DNA of 64,000 bases from an uncultured Flavobacteriales bacterium (GTDB lineage: Bacteria; Bacteroidota; Bacteroidia; Flavobacteriales_D; Sanyastnellaceae): contig CALJKR010000073.1 of the NCBI GenBank assembly GCA_937974555.1, positions 35,118-99,117 on the forward strand. The letters run 5' to 3'. The notes beneath the pieces were generated by a model. It searched no databases. It was not told where the DNA came from and saw only the letters and a list, made by a program, of their open reading frames with translations. The position numbers were made by a program, and so were the translations under genes. Below are positions 49,213 through 58,219 of the stretch, piece by piece; the stretch's first letter is position 1; each line of letters opens with the position of its first letter.

Positions 49213-49705
49213 GCCATAGCACCTCTTGGACCCGTTCATTCAAATCCATGGATTCAATTTTGTAATACTCCTTGTGATTCAATAATTCAAGATGCTCTCG
49301 CCAGAGGGCATCTCTGCTTTCAGGCCCTTGTCGAAGCGGATCATTCTCCCAATCCAAGTCAGGTGGGCACAGGATATATAGGTGGTTGTTTTTTAAAAAA
49401 CGATGCATCAACAGTCCTTGCATGGGATGATTCTCATGCCTACTCCAAAGGGCCAGATTCAACTCATCGGTGTCCCAAATGCAAAGTGCATGCTGCTCAC
49501 ACGCATCGTAATGATTCAAGCTATACTGAAACACTGCGGTAAGAACCGCTGGAGTGTAGGGCGGCGTTATTTTATTTTCTTCCAACCAAATTCGATTGTA
49601 CTCAGGTACAAATTCAGCCATCGGTATGTGGGGAGCCAAAGCTTGCCAAAGAGATGACTTTCCGGTACTTTCTGGACCCGCTATTACCCAATGCTTATTT
49701 TTCAT
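49193..49705 (-). CDS. AAA-type ATPase resembling the ribosylnicotinamide kinase (RNK) domain of NadR
   Basis: Starts MKNKHWVIAGPESTGKSSL (Walker A) and has a WDTDEL Walker-B-like motif. It is about 170 aa and lacks the NMNAT and HTH domains. Its ATG at 49705 overlaps the pnuC stop (ATGA). The longer ORF to 49771 would run into pnuC. Confidence 0.6.
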   Translation of the reverse strand: MKNKHWVIAGPESTGKSSLWQALAPHIPMAEFVPEYNRIWLEENKITPPYTPAVLTAVFQYSLNHYDACEQHALCIWDTDELNLALWSRHENHPMQGLLMHRFLKNNHLYILCPPDLDWENDPLRQGPESRDALWREHLELLNHKEYYKIESMDLNERVQEVLWLIRHSG

Positions 49706-50259
49706 TTGAAGATGTGAAAATAGCCTTGTATGGCCAATACCGTGTATAAAACGAACAGCAATCCAATCCATCTTAAATTTCTACGGTAAAACATGAAGCT
49801 GGAAATGATGTTGATGAAAATAAAATACAACCAAGCACTTTCAAAGCCATTCATTAACAAAACGGTTGCCCAAAGGGAAAAAGTGGTGATTATAGCATCC
49901 AAGTAGGGAAGCGCTGCCGTGGTTTTGGTTTGCAAAACAAAGCCCATGGTCCATCCGCCTGCCAATCCCACGGCTATTCCTAAGCCATGCAGCCAGGGGC
50001 TTTCGATCCAAGCAGTCCCACTGAAATGCTGGAAATATCCATATAGAGCCAAAACGGCATAGATCCATTGGAGCAAAACATCTGCAAAAAGTTTCCTTTT
50101 AAAACTCAGTACGCTCAATAGCAAGGGACCCAAAATCCCGCAAACAAATGCCCATGGATTTTCGAGTTGAAACAACACTGTAAAACCCAAATTCAAAAGC
50201 ACTGCCAACCATTCGATGAATCGAGTGCTCAATTTTGAATCTGACTTTTGATTGTCCAT
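49702..50259 (-). CDS. pnuC: Nicotinamide riboside transporter PnuC family
   Basis: 185 aa with about 6-7 TM helices. N-terminal EWLAVLLNLGFTVL and W-rich helices are typical of PnuC. It is coupled to an RNK-like kinase gene. Confidence 0.7.
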   Translation of the reverse strand: MDNQKSDSKLSTRFIEWLAVLLNLGFTVLFQLENPWAFVCGILGPLLLSVLSFKRKLFADVLLQWIYAVLALYGYFQHFSGTAWIESPWLHGLGIAVGLAGGWTMGFVLQTKTTAALPYLDAIITTFSLWATVLLMNGFESAWLYFIFINIISSFMFYRRNLRWIGLLFVLYTVLAIQGYFHIFK

Positions 50260-50367
50260 GCCGCAAAGATGTGGACGAATTTAAAAAATCAATGTTAATA
50301 GCTTTTTAATCCGCAAGTTTTTGCCCTTGGGGTTAAGGCTAACTTCGTTTAGACTAAAACCATTCTT

Positions 50368-53300
50368 ATGATTAAAAAGTTTTGGATGCTCATGTTGCTT
50401 TCTCTTTTTTCGGGAATTGCAGCACATGCAACGTTGAATCTTTCAGCCCATCTACTGAATAGCCAAGTTATTCAAGGATGCACGGACATCACGGCGTGTA
50501 ATTACAATGTAGATGCCACTGAGGACGATGGATCTTGCACTTATGCTTCCGTTTATTATGCGGATACCGACGGCGACGGATTTGGCGATGCCAATGTCAC
50601 GGTTGAAGATTGTATTCAGCCCGTGGGTTATGTATTGGACAACTCGGATTGTGATGATGCTGATGCTTCTGTTTCACCGTCTGGAACGGAAACTTGTAAC
50701 AATATTGACGACAATTGTGATGGTGAGATTGATGAATTTGTCCTTCTGACTTTTTATGCGGATGCTGATTTCGATGGTTTTGGTGACATCAACAATGCCG
50801 TGTTTGCTTGTTCTGCCCCTGCAGATTATGTGGCCAACGCGGATGATTGTGATGATGCGATGGTAACTTATGTAGATGCGGATGGAGACGGAGAAGGCGG
50901 ATTGGATTGGACGGCTTGTGGTGTTTACAACGGGGTGGATTGCAATGATGCGGATGCTGCTATCAATGGATCGGCTCAAGAAATTTGTGGCGATGGCATT
51001 GACCAAGATTGTTCTGGTGCCGATTTGATTTGCCCGATACCTGGTTGTACAGACAACTTGGCTTGTAACTTTTTAGCAGATGCTACGCTCGATGATGGAA
51101 CATGTACTTATCCAACCGATTTTTTTGCCGATGTGGATGGTGATGGATTTGGTGACAACAACAATGTTATTAATGCTTGTTCAGTGCCTGTAGGATATGT
51201 ATCCAATGATACAGATTGCAATGACAATGAAATTAGTTACTTGGATGCCGATGGAGATGGTTATGGTAGCGAAATATGGGATGCCTGCGGTGTGACCAAC
51301 AGCCTCGACTGTAACGATCAAGACGCCTTGATTTCACCCAGTGGAATCGAAGTTTGCAATGAAATAGATGACGATTGTGACTTGGAAATTGACGAGTTTG
51401 TTTGGATCGAATTTTATGCGGATGCGGATGCAGATGGTTTTGGTGATGCCAACAATACAACTTTCGCTTGCTCCGCACCTGCCGGTTTTGTATCCAATGC
51501 GGAAGATTGTGATGATGCTTTGGTGACTTATTTTGATAATGACCAAGATGGGGTAGGTACTGGAATCGCTGAGGCTTGTGGTACGTCAATTTATAATACA
51601 GATTGTGATGATAATAATGCTGAATTGTTCCCTGGCAATCCAGAAATCTGCAATGGGATTGACGATAACTGTGATTTGATTTCAGATGAAGGTGCTACTT
51701 CGGTTTTGTATTTAGATAACGATGGAGATGGTTTTGGAAATGCGGCGGTTGCCATCGATGCATGTCCTTCTTTAAGCCCTGGTTATGTTTTAGACGATAC
51801 CGATTGTGATGACAATACGATTACCTACAACGATGCCGATGCTGATGGATGGGGAACGGGAGATGCAATTGCTTGTGGGAATTCCGGCAGCAATGAAGAT
51901 TGCGATGATAGCAATGGCGCCATTTATCCAACTGCAGACGAGTTATGCAACGGGTTAGATGACAATTGTAATTTGGAAGTAGATGAGTTTGTACTCAATA
52001 CATATTATGCTGATGTGGATGTGGATGGCTTTGGTGATGCCAATGCGACCATTTTTGCCTGTGATTTGGTGGCTGGTTATGTCACCAACGCGGAGGATTG
52101 CGATGACAGTCAAATCACTTACTTGGATGCTGATGGGGATGGTTTTGGCGTAGGTGATGCTATGGCTTGCGGTACCTCTTCCAACAACACTGACTGTGAT
52201 GATACGCAATCAACGGTTTATCCGGGTAATACAGAAATCTGTAATCAGATTGATGACAATTGTAATGTCGAGATTGACGAATTTGTTTTAAATACCTACT
52301 ACGCTGATGCCGATGGGGATGGTTTTGGTGATGCGAACGCCACAGCCTATGCTTGCGATTTGGTGACGGGTTTTGTATCCAATGCCGACGATTGTGACGA
52401 TTCACAAATTACTTACTCGGATGCAGATGCAGATGGATATGGCGCGGGCGATGCAATCGCTTGCGGCACGTCAACTTGGAATACCGACTGTGATGATTCA
52501 AATGCTGGAATCTCTCCTGGAACACCAGAGATATGCAATGGGTTGGATGACAACTGCAATATTGAAGTAGATGAATTTGTTTTAAACACCTACTATGCGG
52601 ATTCTGATTCAGATGGTTTTGGTGATGTTGCGGTAACGACTTATGCATGCACACAACCCGCAGGTTATGTTACCAATGGAGATGATTGTGATGATACTCA
52701 ACTCCTTTATGAAGACGTCGATGGTGATGGTTTTGGAAATACCAATAGCGTTGCTTGCGGTGTAAATAACAACGCGGATTGCAATGACAACGTAGATACC
52801 ATCAATCCTGGATTAAACGAAGTATGCGGCAACGCGGTGGATGAAAACTGCGATGGCAATATCAATGAGAATTGTCCCGTGGACATGGACGGTGATGGAT
52901 TTGACAATCTTGCAGATTGTGATGATAGCAATCCAAGTATCAATCCGGATGCCCAAGAAACTTGTAACTATTTGGATGACAACTGCAATACGGCGGTGGA
53001 TGAAAATTTGTTGTACACCATCTATTTCTTTGACCAAGATTTTGATAACTATGGCTTGGGTGTATATGACACATTGTGCTACAATCCAGGCACTGGCTAC
53101 ACTACGCAATTGGAAGATTGTAACGATGATGATGCCAACATTAACCCGGGTATGGTGGAAATATTCAACTACATCGACGACAACTGCAACGGGATCATAG
53201 ATGATGATTTTGTGGATACCGACGATGACGGAATCGAAAATGGAACGGATACAGACGATGACAATGACGGCTTGCTGGATGTAATCGAAGATGATTTTAA

Positions 53301-53637
53301 CGGCGATGGCATAACGGGTGATGATTGCGATGCGGATGGCATCCCCAACACCTTGGATGCGGATGACTGTGAGGTATTTATTCCCGAAGGTTTCAGCCCC
53401 AATGGCGATGGAGTGAATGATCTTTTTGAATTGCAGCAACTGCCTTATGCTGCGGTTGTAGACTTGGAGGTGTACAATAGATGGGGTGGCTTGGTGTATG
53501 AAAGTGACAATTATAAAAACGATTGGAACGGAACCATCATCGATGGCCAAGATCTTCCAGCGGGCTCTTACATTTATGTGGTTCGCATCGCGAACAAATC
53601 ATTGGAATACACCAAAAATTTAACCATCTGGAGATAA
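50368..53637 (+). CDS. Secreted Cys/Asp-rich repeat protein (MopE-like double units, Asp-rich TSP3-like stretch) with a T9SS type-B (gliding-motility-associated) C-terminal domain
   Basis: 1089 aa with a signal peptide. At least 8 consecutive ~98-aa units and 2 ACNY mini-modules. The Asp-rich stretch is DTDDDGIENGTDTDDDNDGLLD...DADGIPNTLDADD. The C-terminus VFIPEGFSPNGDGVNDLFEL....YNRWGGLVYES..Y.NDWNG matches the type-B CTD pattern. Confidence 0.85.
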   Translation: MIKKFWMLMLLSLFSGIAAHATLNLSAHLLNSQVIQGCTDITACNYNVDATEDDGSCTYASVYYADTDGDGFGDANVTVEDCIQPVGYVLDNSDCDDADASVSPSGTETCNNIDDNCDGEIDEFVLLTFYADADFDGFGDINNAVFACSAPADYVANADDCDDAMVTYVDADGDGEGGLDWTACGVYNGVDCNDADAAINGSAQEICGDGIDQDCSGADLICPIPGCTDNLACNFLADATLDDGTCTYPTDFFADVDGDGFGDNNNVINACSVPVGYVSNDTDCNDNEISYLDADGDGYGSEIWDACGVTNSLDCNDQDALISPSGIEVCNEIDDDCDLEIDEFVWIEFYADADADGFGDANNTTFACSAPAGFVSNAEDCDDALVTYFDNDQDGVGTGIAEACGTSIYNTDCDDNNAELFPGNPEICNGIDDNCDLISDEGATSVLYLDNDGDGFGNAAVAIDACPSLSPGYVLDDTDCDDNTITYNDADADGWGTGDAIACGNSGSNEDCDDSNGAIYPTADELCNGLDDNCNLEVDEFVLNTYYADVDVDGFGDANATIFACDLVAGYVTNAEDCDDSQITYLDADGDGFGVGDAMACGTSSNNTDCDDTQSTVYPGNTEICNQIDDNCNVEIDEFVLNTYYADADGDGFGDANATAYACDLVTGFVSNADDCDDSQITYSDADADGYGAGDAIACGTSTWNTDCDDSNAGISPGTPEICNGLDDNCNIEVDEFVLNTYYADSDSDGFGDVAVTTYACTQPAGYVTNGDDCDDTQLLYEDVDGDGFGNTNSVACGVNNNADCNDNVDTINPGLNEVCGNAVDENCDGNINENCPVDMDGDGFDNLADCDDSNPSINPDAQETCNYLDDNCNTAVDENLLYTIYFFDQDFDNYGLGVYDTLCYNPGTGYTTQLEDCNDDDANINPGMVEIFNYIDDNCNGIIDDDFVDTDDDGIENGTDTDDDNDGLLDVIEDDFNGDGITGDDCDADGIPNTLDADDCEVFIPEGFSPNGDGVNDLFELQQLPYAAVVDLEVYNRWGGLVYESDNYKNDWNGTIIDGQDLPAGSYIYVVRIANKSLEYTKNLTIWR
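51988..52869 (+). repeat. Three tandem 294-nt (98-aa) coding repeats starting FVLNTYYAD
   Basis: aa 541-638, 639-736 and 737-834 of the 1089-aa protein are collinear. The first two are very similar and the third is more diverged. Confidence 0.85.
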
Positions 53638-53656
53638 TCCATCAAAAACGAGAACA

Positions 53657-54559
53657 ATGAAAAAGTTATTATTTTTTGGATTCGCTGTATTGTCATTCAT
53701 GGCAAAAGCACAGCAAGATCCCCAGTATACCATGCATGTGTTGAATCCCTTGGCGATTAACCCCGCTTTTGCAGGATCCAGAGGAGAACAAGAGGCTACG
53801 TTGGTATACCGCAATCAATGGATGGGTTTGGATAAATCTCCTACCACCATTGCGGGCAATTATCAATCGCGATACAACCAAGGAAGATTGGCCACAGGGG
53901 TAAGTTATTACGGAGATAAAAACGGTTTGTTCACCCACAGTGCGCTCACGATCTCCCAGGCTTATCATGCCAAGATGGCTTCATGGACATTGTCATTGGC
54001 ATTGAGCGCAGGCATAGAAGAGCTTTCTGCCAACTTATCCAGTGTGGATCATACCATTGCAGGTGAGGTGGACAATGCTTTTGCAAGCGATATCAAGCGT
54101 ACTTATTTCAATTTTGGTTTTGGAGGTTATGCCTACAATGATCGTTTTTGGATGGGATTTTCAATGCCACACTTGTTGAAACAAGATTGGGGAAATCAAA
54201 CCAATGGTGATGTTCAACCTGCATACCAGGCCGCACATAGTTATTTGACTGCAGGGGGCATTGTTAATGTCAATCCATTTGTGGATGTGAAGCCGTATGC
54301 TTTAATCAAGTGGGCGGAAAATGTGACACCACAATTGGAGATGGGAGCTACTGCTTATTACCAGAAGCGATGGGGCATCGGTGCAGGTTACCGTGTAGGA
54401 GATGCTTTGACGTTGAACGCTGAGGCGATTGTCAATGATCATTTGCGCATTGGATATGCTTACGATAGAACGGTTTCCGGTCTAAGTGCATTTACCCGCG
54501 GTGGACATGAGGTGATGGTGCGATATCACTTTGGAAAAGGATACAAAGGATTGAGATAA
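53657..54559 (+). CDS. PorP/SprF-family T9SS outer-membrane protein
   Basis: 300 aa with a signal peptide ending KAQQDPQYTMHVLNPLAINPAFAG, the hallmark N-terminus of the PorP/SprF family, and a beta-barrel-like remainder. It starts 19 nt after the type-B CTD gene, with no terminator or promoter motif between them. Confidence 0.85.
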   Translation: MKKLLFFGFAVLSFMAKAQQDPQYTMHVLNPLAINPAFAGSRGEQEATLVYRNQWMGLDKSPTTIAGNYQSRYNQGRLATGVSYYGDKNGLFTHSALTISQAYHAKMASWTLSLALSAGIEELSANLSSVDHTIAGEVDNAFASDIKRTYFNFGFGGYAYNDRFWMGFSMPHLLKQDWGNQTNGDVQPAYQAAHSYLTAGGIVNVNPFVDVKPYALIKWAENVTPQLEMGATAYYQKRWGIGAGYRVGDALTLNAEAIVNDHLRIGYAYDRTVSGLSAFTRGGHEVMVRYHFGKGYKGLR

Positions 54560-54585
54560 AAAAAGCGCCATTGGCGCTTTTTTTC
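54560..54585. terminator. Bidirectional rho-independent terminator between convergent genes
   Basis: Hairpin AGCGCC-att-GGCGCT, flanked by an A-run upstream and a T-run downstream. Confidence 0.75.
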
Positions 54586-54593
54586 TGTCTTGA

Positions 54594-56594
54594 TTAGTAG
54601 GTCAATAATCGATTCAAGGTTTCTGCCAGTTTATGGCTACCTAAAAATTCTTTTTCCAATTCAGCGCTAAACGGAATGGGTGTATCCATGCTCGCGCAAC
54701 GCATGACAGGCGCATCCAAGTATTGAAAGCAATTTTCTGTAATTTGAGCAGAAATCTCACCCCCAATGCCGCCAGTTAAATTGTCTTCATGTACAATGAG
54801 GGCTCTACCTGTTTTTTGAACACTGGCAAAAATGGTTTCATAGTCCAATGGAGCCAGGGTGCGAAGATCAATAACCTCAACATCTGCAGGATGGTTTTTT
54901 AAATATTGCAGGGTCCAATGAACTCCTAAACCATAGGTGATAATGGTGGCTTTGGATCCAGCTTGCACAATGGCAGCCTTTCCAAACGGCAATGAATAGT
55001 ATCCAGCAGGCACATCCCCTTCAATACTGCGGTACAATGCTTTGTGCTCGATGAAAAGCACAGGATTGGGATCTTCAAATGAACGACACAACAATCCTTT
55101 GGCATCCGCGGGAAAAGCAGGATAGGCAATCTTTAAACCGGGAACATGGAAAAACCAAGCTTCGTTGGTTTGGCTGTGGAAGGGACCGGCAGCAGTGCTT
55201 GCACCTGAAGGAAGGCGAACCACCACATCCGCTTTTTCATTCCATCGGTAATGCAGTTTGGCCAAATTGTTTACGATCTGATTGAAACCACAAGTCACAA
55301 AATCAGCAAATTGCATTTCTACCATCGCTTTCCAACCTTTGATGGACAGCCCGAGTCCAGCGCCGACAATGGCTGATTCACACAATGGAGTATTGCGAAC
55401 TCTACCTTTTCCAAATTCTTCTACAAAGCCATCGGTAACCTTAAAAACACCACCGTATTCGGCAATGTCTTGACCCATCAAAACCAATTTATCGTGCTTG
55501 CGCATGCTCTCCTTCAATCCATCTTGAATGGCATCGATAAAACGCATTTTCTTATTTTCTCCTGAAGGGGCAATTGGCGCGGCATCAAAGGGGCAAAAAA
55601 CATCACGCATTTCCTCTTCCGCATCGGGCGTAATTTCTGGCAATGCATACACCTTTTTAAGTGCATTGTTGATGCGCAATTTGATCTCTTCTTTTTTAAC
55701 CTCCGCCTCAGTGGCTGAAACAATTCCAGATTGAATCAACCATTGCTCATAGTTGTCTACCGGATCTTTTTTGGACCATTCCTCGATGATGCCCTCAGGA
55801 TAATACTTGGTACCTGAAGCTTCTTCATGACCACGGATACGGAAGGTCATCAATTCTAAAATAATCGGACGTGGACGTTCGCGGATGGATTGGAGAATCT
55901 GCTTCACGGTGCTGTACACCTCCAAAATATTATTTCCATCAATCTGAATGGCGTCTTCTGCAGGAATTCCATATCCAATGGCTTTGTCTATGAATTGTTT
56001 GCAGCGAAATTGCTCATTGCTGGGCGTTGACAATCCCCACGCGTTGTTTTCTATGGCAAATATGACTGGAAGATCCCAAACGGCTGCAACGTTCAATGCC
56101 TCATGGAAATCACCTTCACTGGCTCCCCCGTCTCCTGAGAAAACCACGGTGCCCTTGGGGTTCATTTCCAACTTCTGAGCCAAGGCTATACCATCAGCCA
56201 ATCCCAGTTGTGGTCCCAAATGTGAGATCATTCCAACCAGATGATGGGCCTGCGTTCCAAAGTGAAAAGAGCGATCTCTTCCTTTGGTGAATCCGCTTTT
56301 TTTTCCTTGAAATTGTGCAAACAATTGTTCCAAATCCAATCCCCGCGAGGTGAATACACCCAAGTTTCTGTGCATCGGTAAAATGTACTCATCTTCTTCC
56401 ATCGCACAGGTAATGCCCACTGAGATGGCCTCTTGACCATAAGAGCTAAACCATTTGGAAATCTTGCCCAATCGCAATTGACTGAGCATTTTTTCCTCTA
56501 TTTGTCGAGGCAATAAGATTGCATCGTACAATCTCAATAACTCCTCTTTGGTGAGTGATCCTTGTTGAAAAGGAATACGAATTTCAGCTGCCAT
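54594..56594 (-). CDS. Fused alpha/beta E1 component of a 2-oxoacid (branched-chain-type) dehydrogenase, TPP-dependent
   Basis: 666 aa. The N-terminal half is E1-alpha-like (GDGGASEGDFHEALN TPP motif). The C-terminal half is E1-beta-like (transketolase pyrimidine-binding and C-terminal domains). Confidence 0.8.
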   Translation of the reverse strand: MAAEIRIPFQQGSLTKEELLRLYDAILLPRQIEEKMLSQLRLGKISKWFSSYGQEAISVGITCAMEEDEYILPMHRNLGVFTSRGLDLEQLFAQFQGKKSGFTKGRDRSFHFGTQAHHLVGMISHLGPQLGLADGIALAQKLEMNPKGTVVFSGDGGASEGDFHEALNVAAVWDLPVIFAIENNAWGLSTPSNEQFRCKQFIDKAIGYGIPAEDAIQIDGNNILEVYSTVKQILQSIRERPRPIILELMTFRIRGHEEASGTKYYPEGIIEEWSKKDPVDNYEQWLIQSGIVSATEAEVKKEEIKLRINNALKKVYALPEITPDAEEEMRDVFCPFDAAPIAPSGENKKMRFIDAIQDGLKESMRKHDKLVLMGQDIAEYGGVFKVTDGFVEEFGKGRVRNTPLCESAIVGAGLGLSIKGWKAMVEMQFADFVTCGFNQIVNNLAKLHYRWNEKADVVVRLPSGASTAAGPFHSQTNEAWFFHVPGLKIAYPAFPADAKGLLCRSFEDPNPVLFIEHKALYRSIEGDVPAGYYSLPFGKAAIVQAGSKATIITYGLGVHWTLQYLKNHPADVEVIDLRTLAPLDYETIFASVQKTGRALIVHEDNLTGGIGGEISAQITENCFQYLDAPVMRCASMDTPIPFSAELEKEFLGSHKLAETLNRLLTY

Positions 56595-56637
56595 AATATT
56601 GGCAACGAAGATAGGAAATTAAGCGACCTAATGGTCG

Positions 56638-56645
56638 TATCTTTG
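56638..56645 (+). promoter_or_regulatory. Putative -7 promoter element (TATCTTTG)
   Basis: Exact TAnnTTTG match, 23 nt upstream of the ATG at 56669. Confidence 0.4.
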
Positions 56646-56668
56646 AGCTTTCGGTTGAATAGACTGAC

Positions 56669-58219
56669 ATGAACCCAATCATTGATATAACCATTACGCC
56701 AGAGGAGATTCAAGACTTGAATCTCGTTCACGCCAAGGCTTGCGCTCAAGCCCGCCTCAATCCGCAAGACTGGAAATCTACCATTGTAAAATCAAGTATA
56801 GATGCCCGCAAACGGCCCATCTACCGATTGCAAGTCGTCTTGCATCCAGAAGGTGAAAATCCATTGGGTTTTTCAAAACCAGAATTCCCTTTTGTAGGAA
56901 ATGCTTCTAGAAAAGCGTTGGTCATTGGTGCAGGTCCTGCTGGGCTTTTTGCGGCCTTGAAACTGATTCAATTGGGTATCCAACCCATCGTTTGGGAAAG
57001 GGGAAAAAATATCAAAGAACGTCGTCGCGATTTGGCGCAAATTACCCGCAATCAAGCGGTGAATCCTGAATCCAATTATTGCTTTGGTGAGGGCGGTGCT
57101 GGAACTTATTCCGATGGTAAACTTTACACGCGTTCTACCAAGCGTGGGGATGTTAAATCCATCCTTCAATGGTTGGTGCACTTTGGTGCGGATGAAAAGA
57201 TTTTAACCCAAGCGCATCCCCACATCGGAACCAACAAACTTCCGCAGTTGATTGCCAATATGCGCGACAAAATCATTGCCTCAGGTGGGGAGGTGCATTT
57301 TAATACAAAGTGGAAGGGGCTGATTTTGGAACAAGGGAAGGTAGTGGGCGCTGTCAATCAGTTGGACGAAACATTGGAGGTAAGCCAAGTAATTTTGGCT
57401 ACCGGCCATAGCGCTCGCGATGTTTTTGAGTGGTTCAATGATCAAAAGTTGGCCATCGAGTTTAAATCATTTGCGTTGGGTGTTCGCGTTGAACATCCAC
57501 AATCATGGATCGACCAACAGCAATATCACTGCGAAGTGAAGTCTGAAAATTTACCACCTGCAGCATACAGTTGGGTGGAGCAAGTAAATGGAAGGGGCGT
57601 TTATTCTTTTTGCATGTGTCCCGGGGGTATTATTGCTCCCTGTGCCACAGACCAAGAAGAGGTGGTGACCAATGGATGGTCGCCAAGTAAAAGAAATAAT
57701 CCTTGGGCCAACAGCGGAATTGTTGTTCCCGTGCAATGGGAAGATATACCGGAGTTTCATGTCCATGGCCCACTGGCGGGTTTGAGATTTCAGCAGGCTG
57801 TGGAAAGGAATTGTTGGGAAGCGGCCGGTAAGACGCAACAGGCTCCAGCGCAACGATTGGTGGATTTTGTGCAAAACAAAAAGTCCAAAGATCTACCGGG
57901 ATGCTCTTATCTCCCGGGCGTGGTAAACCAAAATCTTCATGAAATTCTCCCTCCTTTTATTGCGCAAAGCTTGAAGCAAGGTTTCTTGCAAACGTCAAAA
58001 AAAATGAAAGGGTACTTGCATCCAGAAGCAATCTTGGTGGCTCCGGAGTCCAGAACCTCCTCACCCGTTAGAATTCCCAGGGACAAAGATTCATTGCAAC
58101 ATCCGGACTGCATCGGTCTTTATCCATGCGGCGAAGGTGCGGGTTATGCAGGTGGAATTATTTCCGCAGCCATTGACGGAGTTCGCGTAGCAGAAACCTT
58201 ATCTTTGGCCTATGCCTAA
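56669..58219 (+). CDS. FAD-dependent oxidoreductase (COG2509-like NAD(FAD)-utilising dehydrogenase)
   Basis: 516 aa with a dinucleotide-binding motif (ALVIGAGPAGLFAA), GEGGAGTYSDGKL and a C-terminal GEGAGYAGGI motif. Confidence 0.7.
   Translation: MNPIIDITITPEEIQDLNLVHAKACAQARLNPQDWKSTIVKSSIDARKRPIYRLQVVLHPEGENPLGFSKPEFPFVGNASRKALVIGAGPAGLFAALKLIQLGIQPIVWERGKNIKERRRDLAQITRNQAVNPESNYCFGEGGAGTYSDGKLYTRSTKRGDVKSILQWLVHFGADEKILTQAHPHIGTNKLPQLIANMRDKIIASGGEVHFNTKWKGLILEQGKVVGAVNQLDETLEVSQVILATGHSARDVFEWFNDQKLAIEFKSFALGVRVEHPQSWIDQQQYHCEVKSENLPPAAYSWVEQVNGRGVYSFCMCPGGIIAPCATDQEEVVTNGWSPSKRNNPWANSGIVVPVQWEDIPEFHVHGPLAGLRFQQAVERNCWEAAGKTQQAPAQRLVDFVQNKKSKDLPGCSYLPGVVNQNLHEILPPFIAQSLKQGFLQTSKKMKGYLHPEAILVAPESRTSSPVRIPRDKDSLQHPDCIGLYPCGEGAGYAGGIISAAIDGVRVAETLSLAYA

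Noticed and set aside
52813-53550. 245-aa antisense ORF inside the 1089-aa repeat gene. Similar long antisense ORFs occur at 28718..29074, 29885..30253, 33274..33693, 34001..34291, 41649..42047 and 50674..51006.
   Set aside because: They lie opposite GAT/GAC/AAC/TGT-rich repeat coding sequence, whose reverse complement rarely produces stop codons. Their translations are low-complexity (I/V/T/H-rich) with no signal peptide, start context or motifs. The sense frames carry clear domain structure.
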